Notes: generated from the sequence alone by a model not told the origin. A DNA stretch of 64,000 nucleotides from Octopus sinensis (GCF_006345805.1 NC_043008.1:11966001-12030000), one strand, 5' to 3'. Positions 38,521 to 51,030 are shown, counted from the stretch's first letter. Made by a program: numbers and translations.

Positions 38521-39078
38521 CACTTCCCTATTTGGATTTGGCATTTAGTCTCATTAAAGTTAGTCTTTCCTTGTCGAATTAATCAGACCAAATATCGCTA
38601 TGCGTATCTAACGGACAAGGGGGACACAAGGCGTGTCTCCATTCCCTCGATACATTTTTCACGTTTCATTTTTCATTTACTTTCATTTCTCGTTATTTCT
38701 ATTTCTTCCTCGCTTTTCCTCAGAGAGCAGCATTGTTGTATTTTCTGCCTGAATGATTAACCGATGATATACAGCAAGCTTTACGAACTCAGCTAAACAC
38801 GGTACTATCCGACCATGAAACTTATTGTAGCTCACGTTTCAAAGAAGCGTATATTAAATCATATTATCTCTCACTTGATGAAGCACCTTTTAGTTGATCA
38901 ACCCAATAACGAAACAGTAAGCTATACGTGTGTATGTACGTCAATATACATACGTATATGCATGTATAACGGTTGGTAGCTATGTATGTATATATGTAAA
39001 TATATATATATATATATATATGTGTTTATATATTTGTTTTGCAAGATTCTTGATGTGAAATCGTGTGTTGAAACAGAT

Positions 39079-39349
39079 GTTGTATTTAGGAATGGTCATT
39101 TTGCCAGTTTAGCCAATAGGAATACAAAATACAAAGTGGCTAACCGTTAGTAGGGAGAGACACCCAAATAAGAAAGAAGAAAGCAAAGGACCACTGATGA
39201 GGTCACAGACGTATGACGAAAGAACTCTGGCCGAAACAATATTAACATTAATGTAAAAAATAAATAACGGTGAAGCAAATTAACACCAAATATATAGTGC
39301 GTGTGTTTTTATTGGCTAAATTGGCAAAATGACCATTCCTAAATACAAC
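39079..39349. mobile_element. Short element with 40-bp inverted repeats enclosing a hammerhead motif
   Basis: GTTGTATTTAGGAATGGTCATTTTGCCAGTTTAGCCAATA (39079-118) is inverted at 39310-349 with 1 mismatch. Confidence 0.8.
39188..39232 (+). ncRNA. Minimal type I hammerhead motif
   Basis: GGACCA-CUGAUGA-G-GUCA-cagacgua-UGAC-GAAA-GAAC-UC-UGGCC; one stem I mismatch. Confidence 0.6.
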
Positions 39350-40248
39350 AACATATATATATGTGTATGTGTGTGTGTGTATGTGTATGTATATATATAC
39401 ATATACATACGTATATATATATATCTACAGAGCGAGAGAGAGGGAGACGGAAGAAAAAGAGAGACGGGGAAGGTGAAGCAGAAAGACAGACAGACATACA
39501 GACACTCAGAAAAGAACAGGGAAATAATTTCAAATTGAAAATATTCACTATCCTCGACGGACCACGAAACATATTAACACGTAATATAACAAACATGGCA
39601 AACAAATATATGTCCGTGTTTGTGTGTGCTTGTGTGCGTTTGCGTGTGTGTGTGTGTGTGTGTACGTGTGTTTATGTGGGGTTGGGAAATACCTAGTGAA
39701 AATTATATATCTTTTACCTTGTTTGCAGTTGTTGGGCAATTAGCTAAACCGAGGGGTGCATTCAAGTTGCTTTATGCTAATTTCACTACTAAAACAAGAT
39801 GTTTGTGAGACAGAGGTCAAAGTTTCTGACAAGCAAGAAGTAGACGTAGCCCAGTGTTATTCACTTTGCTTCCTTTGTGCTTGCAAATTGCACTATGCCA
39901 AATGAGTTTAGCCTGGCCTCACACGCCCTAATAGTATAACCTTACCCTTATGAAGGACTTTTGAGATCACTGAAAATAAGGCTGCATATAAAGCTGAAGT
40001 ATATTATTCAATACGTGACGCTTTTGGAACATAGCAGTTTATTAAATACGCTGTGTTTTCCTCCTTCTTATCGACTTTTGCTATGACATTGCTATCCCGT
40101 TGTTCTTGAGAAATTGATGGTAATTATTTTCAATAAAATGTTTATATAGTAAAACTGACACCTGTTGAACTAGCTTCATTTTATAATTGTTACTTTTCCT
40201 CCAATAAAGAAAGTGTAAGTTTTTCACAGCGAAATAGCATATATATTT

Positions 40249-41027
40249 CTTTACAACCCACAAGTGGCTAAACATAGAGGGGACAAATTAGGACAGACAA
40301 ACGGATTAAGTCGATTACATCGACCCCAGTGCGTCACTGGTACTTTATTTATCGACCCCGAAAGAATGAAAGACAAAGTCGACCTCGGCGACATTTGAAC
40401 TCAGAACGTAACGACACACGAAATACCTATTTCTTTACTAACCACAAGGGGCTAAACACAGAGAGGACAAACAAGGACAGACAAACGGATTAAGTCGATT
40501 ATATCGACCCCAGTGCGAAATTCGTACTTTATTTATCGACCCCAAAAGAATGAAAGACAAAGCCGACCTAGGCGAAATTTGAACTCAGAACGTAACGACA
40601 CACGAAATACCTATTTCTTTACTACCCACAAGGGGCTAAACACAAAGAGGACAAACAAGGACAGACAAAGGGATGAAGTCGATTACATCGACCCCAGTGC
40701 GAAACTCGTACTTTTTTTATCGACACCGAAAGAATGAAAGGCAAAGTCGACCTCGGCGGAATTTGAACTCAGAACGTAACGACAGACGAAATAACTATTT
40801 CTTTACTACCCACAAGGGGCTAAACACAGAGAGGACAAACATCGGCAGACAAACGGATTAAGTCGATTATATCGACCCCAGTGCGTGATTGGTACTTATT
40901 TTATCGACTCCGAAATGATGAAAGGCAAAGTCGACCTCGGCGAATTTGAACTCAGAACGTAGCGGCAGACGAAATATTGCTAAGCATCTCTCCCGGCATG
41001 CTAACGTTTCTGCCAGCTCGCCGCCTT
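40249..41027 (-). mobile_element. SINE family B, tandem tetramer (~183-bp period)
   Basis: TTTCTTTAC unit starts at ~40249, 40430, 40615 and 40799; only the 5'-most unit has the complete head. Confidence 0.9.
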
Positions 41028-41686
41028 TCAGCTAAACAGCATATATGCCAACGGTCGGTAGCATATATGCGGAAAACAAAAACGTATAAGAGTACACGAA
41101 ATAGCATACACAATGAAATTCTCGATTTACTAATATAAACTCCGCTTTCGGGGAAGGTACTTCAATTGCTTGGAGGCAATTTGTACCGACTCACATAGAT
41201 AAACTCAACAACCAGCTATTTTACAAAAGTGACATACCATTAACGGTAAGCCTGGTTGTCTGGTGGAGCGTGGTTTTGACTCACCAGGCGTCATGAACAC
41301 AGCAATTTTCTTGCATTAAATGTTATCGACGAGACACAGAAGAATAGAGACCAATAAGTAGCGCACATTTATGATTTTATTAACTTATATAAATGAAGCA
41401 ATAACGCTGAGTGACCGGTGAAAGGTATTTGAAGAACGAAAACAAACAAGTCTATATCGAATAAAGTACTATAGAACTCTTGCTTGTCAAAAGTTGTACA
41501 CAACCTCTATTGCAAAGAATGCGTGTACATATATATGACTGTATATGTGTATGCATATATGTATGTATGTATGTATGTATGGATGTATGTATGGATGTAT
41601 GTATGTATGTATGTATGTATGTATCTATCTATCTGACTAACTATCTCTCTAGTTAGCTGTTTCTCTGTGTGTGTATGTGTGTGTGT

Positions 41687-42036
41687 GTGGAGGCGCAATG
41701 ACCCAGTGGTTAGGGCAGCGGACTCGCGGTCATAGAATCGCGGTTTCGATTCCCAGACCGGGCGTTGTGAGTGTTTATTGTGCGAAAACACCTAAAAGCT
41801 CCACGAGGCTCCGGCAGGGGATGGTGGTGATCCCTGCTGTACTCTTTCACTAAAACTTCCTCTCACTCTTACTTTCTGTTGTACCTGTATTTCAAAGTGC
41901 CGGCCTTGTCACTCTCTGTGTCACGCTGAATATCCCCGAGAACTACGTTAAGGGTACACGTTAATTGCACGTGCAGGCTGTTCCGCTGATTCGGATCAAC
42001 CGGAACCCTCGTCGTCGTAGCCGACGGAGTGCTTCC
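41687..42036 (+). mobile_element. SINE family C
   Basis: Homologous to 36097-36480. Confidence 0.85.
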
Positions 42037-42038
42037 AT

Positions 42039-42156
42039 GTGTGTGTCAACCATCAGTTAGGTATAACATGTGTCAATATATATACGAATATCTTCATTAG
42101 ATGTGCGTAAATAAATCATTGACGCATGTTATACCTAACTGATGGTTGACACACAC
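42039..42156. repeat. Inverted repeat, 38-bp arms with 42-bp spacer
   Basis: GTGTGTGTCAACCATCAGTTAGGTATAACATGTGTCAA versus its reverse complement at 42119-156, 1 mismatch. Confidence 0.9.
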
Positions 42157-42199
42157 ACATACACACACAGACAAACAGCTAACTAGAGAGATAGTTAGT

Positions 42200-42233
<34 letters not shown>

Positions 42234-42234
42234 T

Positions 42235-42289
<55 letters not shown>

Positions 42290-42306
42290 TATAGATATAT
42301 AGATAG

Positions 42307-42337
<31 letters not shown>

Positions 42338-42658
42338 GATAGATACATACATACATACATACATACATACATACATACATACATACATACATAGAAATAC
42401 ACATATACAGTCATATATGTATATTATATATATATATATCGCAAAAGACATGTCATACTATATAAACATCATAAACATACACACATACACACACGCATAT
42501 ATATCTGTATTGACATATACATGTTCATACCAGATGTACGTCCATGTTATTTGTATACCTGATACAGACACAGCAGCGATGTACACATATGTCATCTGTC
42601 TGTCAGTGTATGTATGTATGTATGTACGTATATACCTATGTATGTATCTATCTAATTT

Positions 42659-42714
<56 letters not shown>

Positions 42715-43091
42715 AATATACATACATAAGTTTATACATGTATGTATGTGCGTTTCTATGTACACAGATATTTCAAGAATACGTGCGTGTGTGGAAATAA
42801 GTTCTTTTTTTTTGTTATCTATTTGCTTTATCCTGGAAGTAGTTTTCACCGACAGTTCTGTACTAATCCTATTGGCAATATTAATCCACCAAGATTATAA
42901 TTCCACAAGCGTCAGATTCAGTTTCATGAAACGAGGAAACGAGGAAACTCAACAGTAAAAAAACAATTATATAGTATTTTCTGTTGCAAGATATGTTGCG
43001 TGTTACTTAAATGAATTTCAGAATATGGTATGAATAGTTGTTGTGCTCACCTAGTTTTCTGTCTCGCCTTTGAGTTCGTTTACACCGCTAA

Positions 43092-43478
43092 TCTCTCTAT
43101 ATATAAACGGCAGTTTGTCTGTGTGTGTGTCTGTGTGTCTGTTAGGTTGTACCCTCACCTTGACCACGGCTTTCAACCGATTCTGATGAAACTTGACACA
43201 CACATAGCCCAATGTCATAATTCAAAACTAACGCAGCGAAAATTTTGAAAAGTTTCCCCTAGTTCTGAAAAAAATCGATAAATTCGACATGGGGTCGAGA
43301 ATCAGAAACACAAACCACAGACTGTTTAGGGGACGCAACTCGACCTTTTTTAACTCTCAAAAAAAAATTTACCATCATTTTTTTTCCATTTTTTGGCTAT
43401 TTTTTGGCTATAACTCTCTAAAAATGCTTTATAGTTATTTCCCTTACAAACCCGAGCAACGCCGGGCGATACTGCTAG
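43092..43478 (+). mobile_element. Non-autonomous Helitron, different 5' region with the same 3' end
   Basis: A|TC start; last ~110 bp shared with 10157 and 27704, including hairpin and CTAG|T. Confidence 0.8.
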
Positions 43479-43770
43479 TCCCCTTATAAAATTTTCGAAC
43501 ATTACACTCGCATGATATGCTCCATGTTTCATGGAAAATAATGGAACAACACACAAATAATAATGTCAATTAGCATGCTGTTCCTTTGTGAGTCATGTCT
43601 TCCCATATCTCCATACTTCTTCTTCTCGAGCGAGCGGCAGATCTACGCCATGAAGTGTACACAACATGGCGTTTGGTAACTGGAATGTTTCACGTGTTCG
43701 TTGTCTTCGTAAAGTCGGCCAATTCTGTCTGTGCAACATCCAGAGTTGACGTTCTATACAGGAATTGTGA

Positions 43771-44184
43771 GCAAGGAGTGACTGTGTGGTAAGTAGCTTG
43801 CTAACCAACCACATGGTTCCGGGTTCAGTCCCACTGCGTGGCATCTTGGGCAAGTGTTTTCTGCTATAGCCCCGTGCCGACCAATGCCTTGTGAGTGGAT
43901 TTGGTAGACGGAAACTGAAAGAAGCCTGCCGTATATATGTATATATATATATGTGTGTGTGTGTGTTTGTGTGTCTGTGTTTGTCCCCCTAGCATTGCTT
44001 GACAACTGATGCTAATGTGTTTACGTCCCCGTCACTTAGCGGTTCGGCAAAAGAGACCGATAGAATAAGTACTGGGCTTACAAAGAATAAGTCCCGAGGT
44101 CGATTTGCTCGACGAAAGGCGGTGCTCCAGCATGGCCGCAGTCAAATGACTGAAGCAAGTAAAAGAGTAAAGAGTAAAGAGTAA
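43771..44184 (+). mobile_element. SINE family A
   Basis: Homologous to 1-410. Confidence 0.85.
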
Positions 44185-44348
44185 GGATTGCTTCGAGGAA
44201 AATCTCGACACCGCCAAGGATGAACCAGTTGGTAGATTTCCGAAGAAACATTCGCCCAACTAATAGAGATAGATTTTCAAAATCTCTGGTTTGGCATTCA
44301 TATCGAGATGTATTGTACGTTCGAGGTTAACTTTGGAAGAACTAAAGA

Positions 44349-44744
44349 GGATCTGTTCGGTTTGAACGGCAGTTTCTAACATAATTTCTTGATAACTAAA
44401 CACTTTTAAACTTCGTATACTGGTAGGATGTGTTTATAAAATATCTTTTTCTCTTGGCTTTATTGAGAAAATTCTATAGGTTGTAAGATATTTGTTATTT
44501 TTTTCTTCAATTTCTGCAATTTCAACCAATCAATGACGTCTATTGGAGGTGAAAACATTCTGTGCCGCATGAATATGTCCCTCGTTTAAGAAACAGATTG
44601 GGTTTATTTACATTTGTGAAAAAAAAAGATACCCTTCCTCCCACCCCTAACCCTAACTCTAAGATCGATACTAGGGTCATAATTATGGGTGACAATTTCA
44701 TATGACACCGCTAGAAAAAACTGCCGTTCAAACCGAAAAGATCC
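44349..44744. mobile_element. MITE with ~27-bp TIRs
   Basis: GGATCTGTTCGGTTTGAACGGCAGTTT / AAACTGCCGTTCAAACCGAAAAGATCC; flanking 8-mers ACTAAAGA and GCTGAAGA (6/8). Confidence 0.85.
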
Positions 44745-45599
44745 GCTGAAGAAGCATAAGAGGGAAGGAACTACCCAAAATAGGCACAGAGGAACGAAGA
44801 CTTCTTCGCACCTTCGTATAATGTCTCAGAATTGCTGACTTGCGGTGTTTTATGAAGTAACTTAAATCATATATAAAAGAGACTTGCTGAAAGCCGACAC
44901 CATCGTAAAGATAACCATTGTGAAGATGATCTTTTATCCTTTATATTCTTTTTCTTTTGCTTCTTGTTTTTCATCTTCTTTTTCTTCCCTCCTCCTCCAC
45001 CTTCCCCACCAATTTTCCTTTTGTTGATCTTCATTTCCTCCTGCTCCTCCTGCTTCTGCTGCTGCTGCTCTCCCTCCTCCTCCTCCTTCTTCTTCTTCCT
45101 CTTCTTTCATTTCCCAGAAACGCTAGTCAAAATTTCTTTATGACCTTCCTTCTAAATTTTTACATTCTGAGTTCAAAATTCCACCAAAACCAAATTGCGT
45201 CTCTTCATTTCAGCGTCGTTGTAATAAAACAGCAATCAAGCCCCTCGCCTCCAAAAAATTTGGCCTTTTATCAACATTTTGCGGTGGGTTGGCAGAACCG
45301 CTAGAGCGTCAAAATGAATGCCTATATTCCTATAAGTGGGTAATTATGCGTCCATGCTCTTTCAATGAATTTGTACGTCATTGGAGTATGTACGTGTAAG
45401 TGTGTGTAATTTTAAACATCATTTAAATTGTACGTTTTCATCACACACCATCTTTAAGCATTAATTCACACACACGTTTGTGTACTGGTGCATCATATCA
45501 ATCTCACTGTCTCTCACACTCTCTCTCTTTCACCCTGTCTTTTTGTCCACAAATATATATAATTATATATATATATATATGGAGAAATATATAAATATG

Positions 45600-45660
<61 letters not shown>

Positions 45661-46168
45661 GTATTATTTAATAATTACATACATACGTACTTGCATACAT
45701 ACGCACATATATCTATGTGTGTGTATGTATATATATATATATATACTTGTGTGTGTGTGTATGTACAACAAGAGAGAGATAAAGAGCTATTTTGCTTCTG
45801 CATTTATGTGCAATTTCAATCTTCTCATATCTAACTAGATTACGGGCTAATCTGTCTTTCAGCTTTCAGTATTGAATTCCCCGCCCCACACCAACACATA
45901 TTCTGTGTCACCCTTTCTGTCTCTTTCACTTTCTTTTTACTCCATTGTTTCCGTCGCTAATTATATACATATCAGTCCGCTAATCCATTAATTTCTCTAT
46001 GTCACTGCACTCCCATAATCCATAGCTGCACAAGTGTCATATTAATGTCAATATAAATAATCTTAGCTTTGTAGATTAGTGCATCAAACACTCGTCAATT
46101 TCATACTGTTGACTTTTACCGTCATCGACGTCGTAGTGACAAACTTTACCATTCTCCGAGAGATAAAC

Positions 46169-46370
46169 AAACTTGGTCCAATGAGGATGTTTCTACATGG
46201 TCGATCGATCTGCTAGAAATATCAACTAACTCTGTCTCAAATTTCACTCTGCAGTTCCAAAGAGTAATGAGTCCACATAGGAGAGTGTTGTATGAAGAAG
46301 AAAAAAAAGGCGGGAAAGTCATAGCTGGAACGCTCCATTCACAGACGGCCTCTGTGTTGTTCTTATTGTG
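46169..46370 (+). repeat. ~200-bp repeat duplicated at 51447-51648
   Basis: AAACTTGGTCCAATGAGGATGTTTC...GTGTTGTTCTTATTGTG present in both. Confidence 0.9.
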
Positions 46371-47059
46371 GTTAATTGCAGCCAAACCTCTTTCAGAACA
46401 GAGTTTGTTATTTTTTTAAAAGATGTCAGTATTAAGACATATCTATCGAAATAAATGATATCTCGAGCAAGGAGGAAAGCGGCAAATAACACGATCAGAA
46501 ATTATATTAGTTGCACGCTGAAGAAAGAAAGAAAGACATTTTTTTTACTGATATTTCCTGCTTTCTGGATCTTCATCAGAGATAAAAAAAAAAGATGAGT
46601 AAAGATATATTGTAGAAAAACTACAAAAGAGCGTAATATGGAGCTCATGTGTGCAAATGAAATATAACATACAAACAACTTGTTATAATAAAATGCTGTA
46701 GACGAATATATTGTGTTAAAAGATTAAGAGAAATCTGTAAACAGTTTGCGACGAGGTTTGTTTTCTTCATATTGATTCTATTATTTAGCTGTAATTATAA
46801 TTCTTTTAACGCAGACTTTTTAAGCTGTTTATTTGCTTTTAAGATTTATATTCGTTTTTGACACACACCGCCTCCATTTTCCGTTTCTCTTACTTTCCTC
46901 ATCTGCATCAAATTCGTCTTTATTAGCATCGTAGTAGTAGTAGTAGTAGTCATGCACATGTGATTCTTTTTGGTAGATGCAGTTGTCTATTGCGGCTGTG
47001 GTCGTTGTCAGTGTCAACAACCTCTTCTTCCCCCTCCTTCCCCTCCCCTATTCCTTCTC

Positions 47060-47472
47060 TACCTCCTCCTCATCATCATCGTCATCGACACTACTACTTA
47101 TACTATCACCACCACCTTAACCATCATCATCATCATCATCATTATCATCTTCATTGTCATCCTCATCCTCCTCATCCTCCTCATCATCATTACACCACCA
47201 CTACCCTCCATCATCATCATCATTATCATCATCATCATCATTATCATCATCATCATCATTATCCTTCTCCTCCTACCCTCCGCTTCCTCATCATTCACAT
47301 CACCATCGTCACGATCTTCCTCTCGTTATCATCATCATCATCATCATCATCATCAACATCATTATCACTATCCTTCTCCTCCCCTCCTCCTCCTCATTAT
47401 TAACATCACCATCATCACGATCTTCCTCTCATTATTATCATCATCATCATTATCATCATCACCACCATCACT

Positions 47473-47503
<31 letters not shown>

Positions 47504-47625
47504 CCATCACTATCCTTCTCCTCCCCTTCTCCTCTCCCCCTCCTCCTCATTATTAACATCACCTTAATCTTCCTCTCATTATCATCATCATCATCAACAT
47601 CATCATCATCATCATCATCATCATC
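47060..47625. repeat. (CAT)n/(CCT)n compound microsatellite
   Basis: Direct reading. Confidence 0.95.
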
Positions 47626-48059
47626 AGCCTGCCTATAAATTGCTCCAGCTCTGAAACGCTGCTGAACCTTCATAACAGATGGCATATTACACGTTGAATC
47701 CACATCTGAATTCTGCTCCCAACGTTTTGAACAGTTGCACTCCTACATGTAACAGAGGCTCAAATACAAACACCGACAAGTGCGTTCTCAGGAACAATAG
47801 TTTCATTCAAGCTAGACCCTACCCGAAAAGTACTCCAGCCTCTTCGTTTGTAAATGTTCCGTCTTTAACCGACCCCGATCACTAACGCCTCTATATGGTC
47901 TTCTACCCTTCAAGGACCATCCCCTATCAAAAAGAATAATGCCTCACTAATTCTTCCACATGTCCAGCATCCTTTACTGCTGTAGCTTGAAAAAATATCC
48001 TTCGTCTCCTTTACAAACGCATCGTAGCATCAAGTTTAACCTGACGCTCCTCTACTTAT

Positions 48060-48746
48060 TCTTTTATTCTTGTATTTGTTTTAGTCTTTGTAAACCTTGT
48101 ACTCAGTCTTTCAGTCTATTTTGCCGAACCGCTAAGTTACGGGGACGTAAACAACCAGCATCGGTTGTCAAGTCATGGTTGGGGACAAACACAGACAGAT
48201 AGAGACACACACAAACACACACACACACATACACTCACACATATATATACGACGAGCTTCTTTCAGTTTCCGTCTACCAAATCCAATCACAAGGCTTTGA
48301 TCAGCCCGAGGTTATAGTAGAAAACACTTGCCCAAGGTGCCATGCAGTGGTTCCGGGTTCAGTTCCAATGCGTCGCACCTTGGGCGAGTGTCTTCTACAA
48401 TAGCCTCGGGCCGACTTTCACTTTCGTCCTTTTGCGGTCGATAAAAGGAGTTGAACTTAGGCGCAGGAGTGGCTGTGTGGTAAGTAGCTTGCTTATCAAC
48501 CACATGGTTCCGGGTTCAGTCCCACCGCGTGGTACCCTGGCCAAGTATCTTCTGCTATAGCATTAGGCCGACCAAAGCCCTGTCAGTAGATTTGGTTTAC
48601 GGAAACTGAAAGAAGCCCGTTCAGCAAAAGAGACCGATAGTATAAGTACTACGATTACAAAGAATAAGTCCTGGAAGACGATTTGCTCGACTAAGGGGGG
48701 TGCTCCAGCATGGCCGCAGTCAAACGACTGAAACAAGTAAAAGAAA
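48060..48746. mobile_element. Cluster of head-to-head SINE A copies with a SINE B fragment
   Basis: Minus copy 48060-48350, plus fragment 48350-48413, B fragment ~48414-48448, plus copy 48459-48746. Confidence 0.75.
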
Positions 48747-48937
48747 CGAGACTGCTGAAGTCGATGTTATCCCCTTACCCCTTCCCTAAATTTGCTGGCC
48801 TTCCGCCATATTTCGAAACCGATATACTTTCAGTCTTACTTTTCCTCATTTAACAGGAGACAGTGAGACTTCAGGGAGTTTTGACATGGCTGCTGCTTCT
48901 AGTAGATTGTATGACCATGTCGATGGAACCAGGTTAC

Positions 48938-49013
48938 CTCAGTATGCCATTCATTGTCAGCAACATCGAATACCATATAGCATTGTCGCTGGAATTTGCG
49001 TTCTCCACATGTC
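48938..49013 (-). CDS. Candidate internal coding exon (TCGERKFQRQCYMVFDVADNEWHTE), host gene unidentified
   Basis: Acceptor gttgttgttccag, donor GAG|gtaacc; 76 nt, open in phase 2 to phase 0. Confidence 0.35.
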
Positions 49014-49549
49014 CTGGAACAACAACAACAACAGCAACAACAACAACTACAACAACAGAAACAAGGACGACGACAACAACAACAACAACAGCAACAAGGA
49101 CGACGACGACCACCACTACAGCTGCAACACTAACAGCAACTTTATCATGCCTTTAATTAACTGCGAGATAATGCCTGGTAGGGTAATGTCTCGCTTTGTG
49201 CTAGGCGAATGTGAAGAATATAGAGCAAACGTAAGGTGCCATGCGTCTCAATTGACCAATACAAAAGTCTACAGATCACGTAATTGATAGGGACAGGGAA
49301 AATTGGAAAGATAAGACAGATATGCAGTTTGAGTTATTGCTTATTTGATTCTGTGAGAAATAATTAAGTAGATGGATGGGCACACACAAACACACACACA
49401 CACGCACACACACACACACACACACACGCACTCACACACCTATACATGCATATACAAGTACATACGTCGATGCAAAGACAGAGAGATATATATTTATATG
49501 ACAAACGTATAGATCACAAAGATATACTTAGGTAGGTAGTTATTTAGAT

Positions 49550-50003
<454 letters not shown>

Positions 50004-50976
50004 CTTTAAGTATAAGTTTCATTCTATAGTTGTCTACTACCTGTCTATTAACCCCACCTCGCTCTCTATCTTATGTATCTCTATGCATAAGCACTTACCT
50101 ACACGTATACGCTCACATACACACAAACATAGACATATATATGTATAAACACACTCACTCGCAGTCACATATATATATAAGAAAGAAACAATCAAAGAAA
50201 GAAATGGGGGAAAGAGAGTGAGAAAAAGACATATACATGCATAAGCGCAAATATGTATCTATACTCGTGTGGGCACATACTTGAATATATCCGTCTAAAC
50301 ATATATTCATAAATGCATTAATGCAGAGATACATATACGCATATATATATATTTACATAGAGAAATACAATCAATATATACAGGAATAATTACATACATA
50401 AGCATATACGTACTTAAATGATATGGTAAGTGATATGTGGATAAAACTGACAGTTAGGTACGACTGTACGAATGTACGCATATAGTTAGGTATGTATGTA
50501 GGTAGGTATATAGGTAGGTAGGTTTAGAGATGGATGGGCAGGTAGGGAAACGGATTGAGTGTGTCAAATTTGTGAGTTGATTTATCCGTTGCAATGCAGA
50601 TGGTGAGTTAGATATCTATGGAGACAAATATTCAGAAAGGCCAGTAGACATTTAGATATAGGGTGATGGCTGGAGAACAGAGAGAAGGGTGAGTGGGAGG
50701 ACTGTGAGGTTGAGTGAGTGAGTGAGTGAGGGAGTGAGTGAGTGAGTGAATGAGTGAGGGGCAGAGAGAATCAGATAGGATATGAGAATAATGCATGAGT
50801 ATATGCCGATATAAGGTAGGGGTGGATTTTGTAAAAGAGAAAGAGTGTGCGTTAGAGAAAGAAAGGGAAAAAGAAAGAAAGAGAATGAAAATGAGAATTA
50901 GATAAGGAGATTAATGGTTGATCGTATGGCGATATATGAGAGGAGATATTGAAAGAGAAAGCGAGGGATAGAGTGT

Positions 50977-51030
<54 letters not shown>

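Noticed and set aside
38870-38925. TTGATGAAGC...CGAAACAGTA
   Set aside because: No stem I or stem II pairing; at best a heavily decayed motif
39946-39969. 24-nt micro-exon candidate with strong splice sites (ttttcag / AGG|gtaagg)
   Set aside because: Open only in phase 1, incompatible with the flanking phase-0 candidate exons; needs RNA-seq
40249-41027. CRISPR-like regular repeats
   Set aside because: Whole ~183-bp units are homologous with no unique spacers and no cas genes, in a eukaryotic context; these are SINE multimers
44645-44660. Interstitial telomere
   Set aside because: Only two CCCTAA units, internal to a MITE
46540-46585. Minus-strand CTGATGA-A...G-GAAA...TA
   Set aside because: Stems II and III do not pair convincingly
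46960-47638. Overlapping 111-222 aa ORFs
   Set aside because: (CAT)n/(CCT)n microsatellite artefacts; the same applies to the ORFs at 29421-29874, 49585-50022, 54495-55094 and 59751-60167
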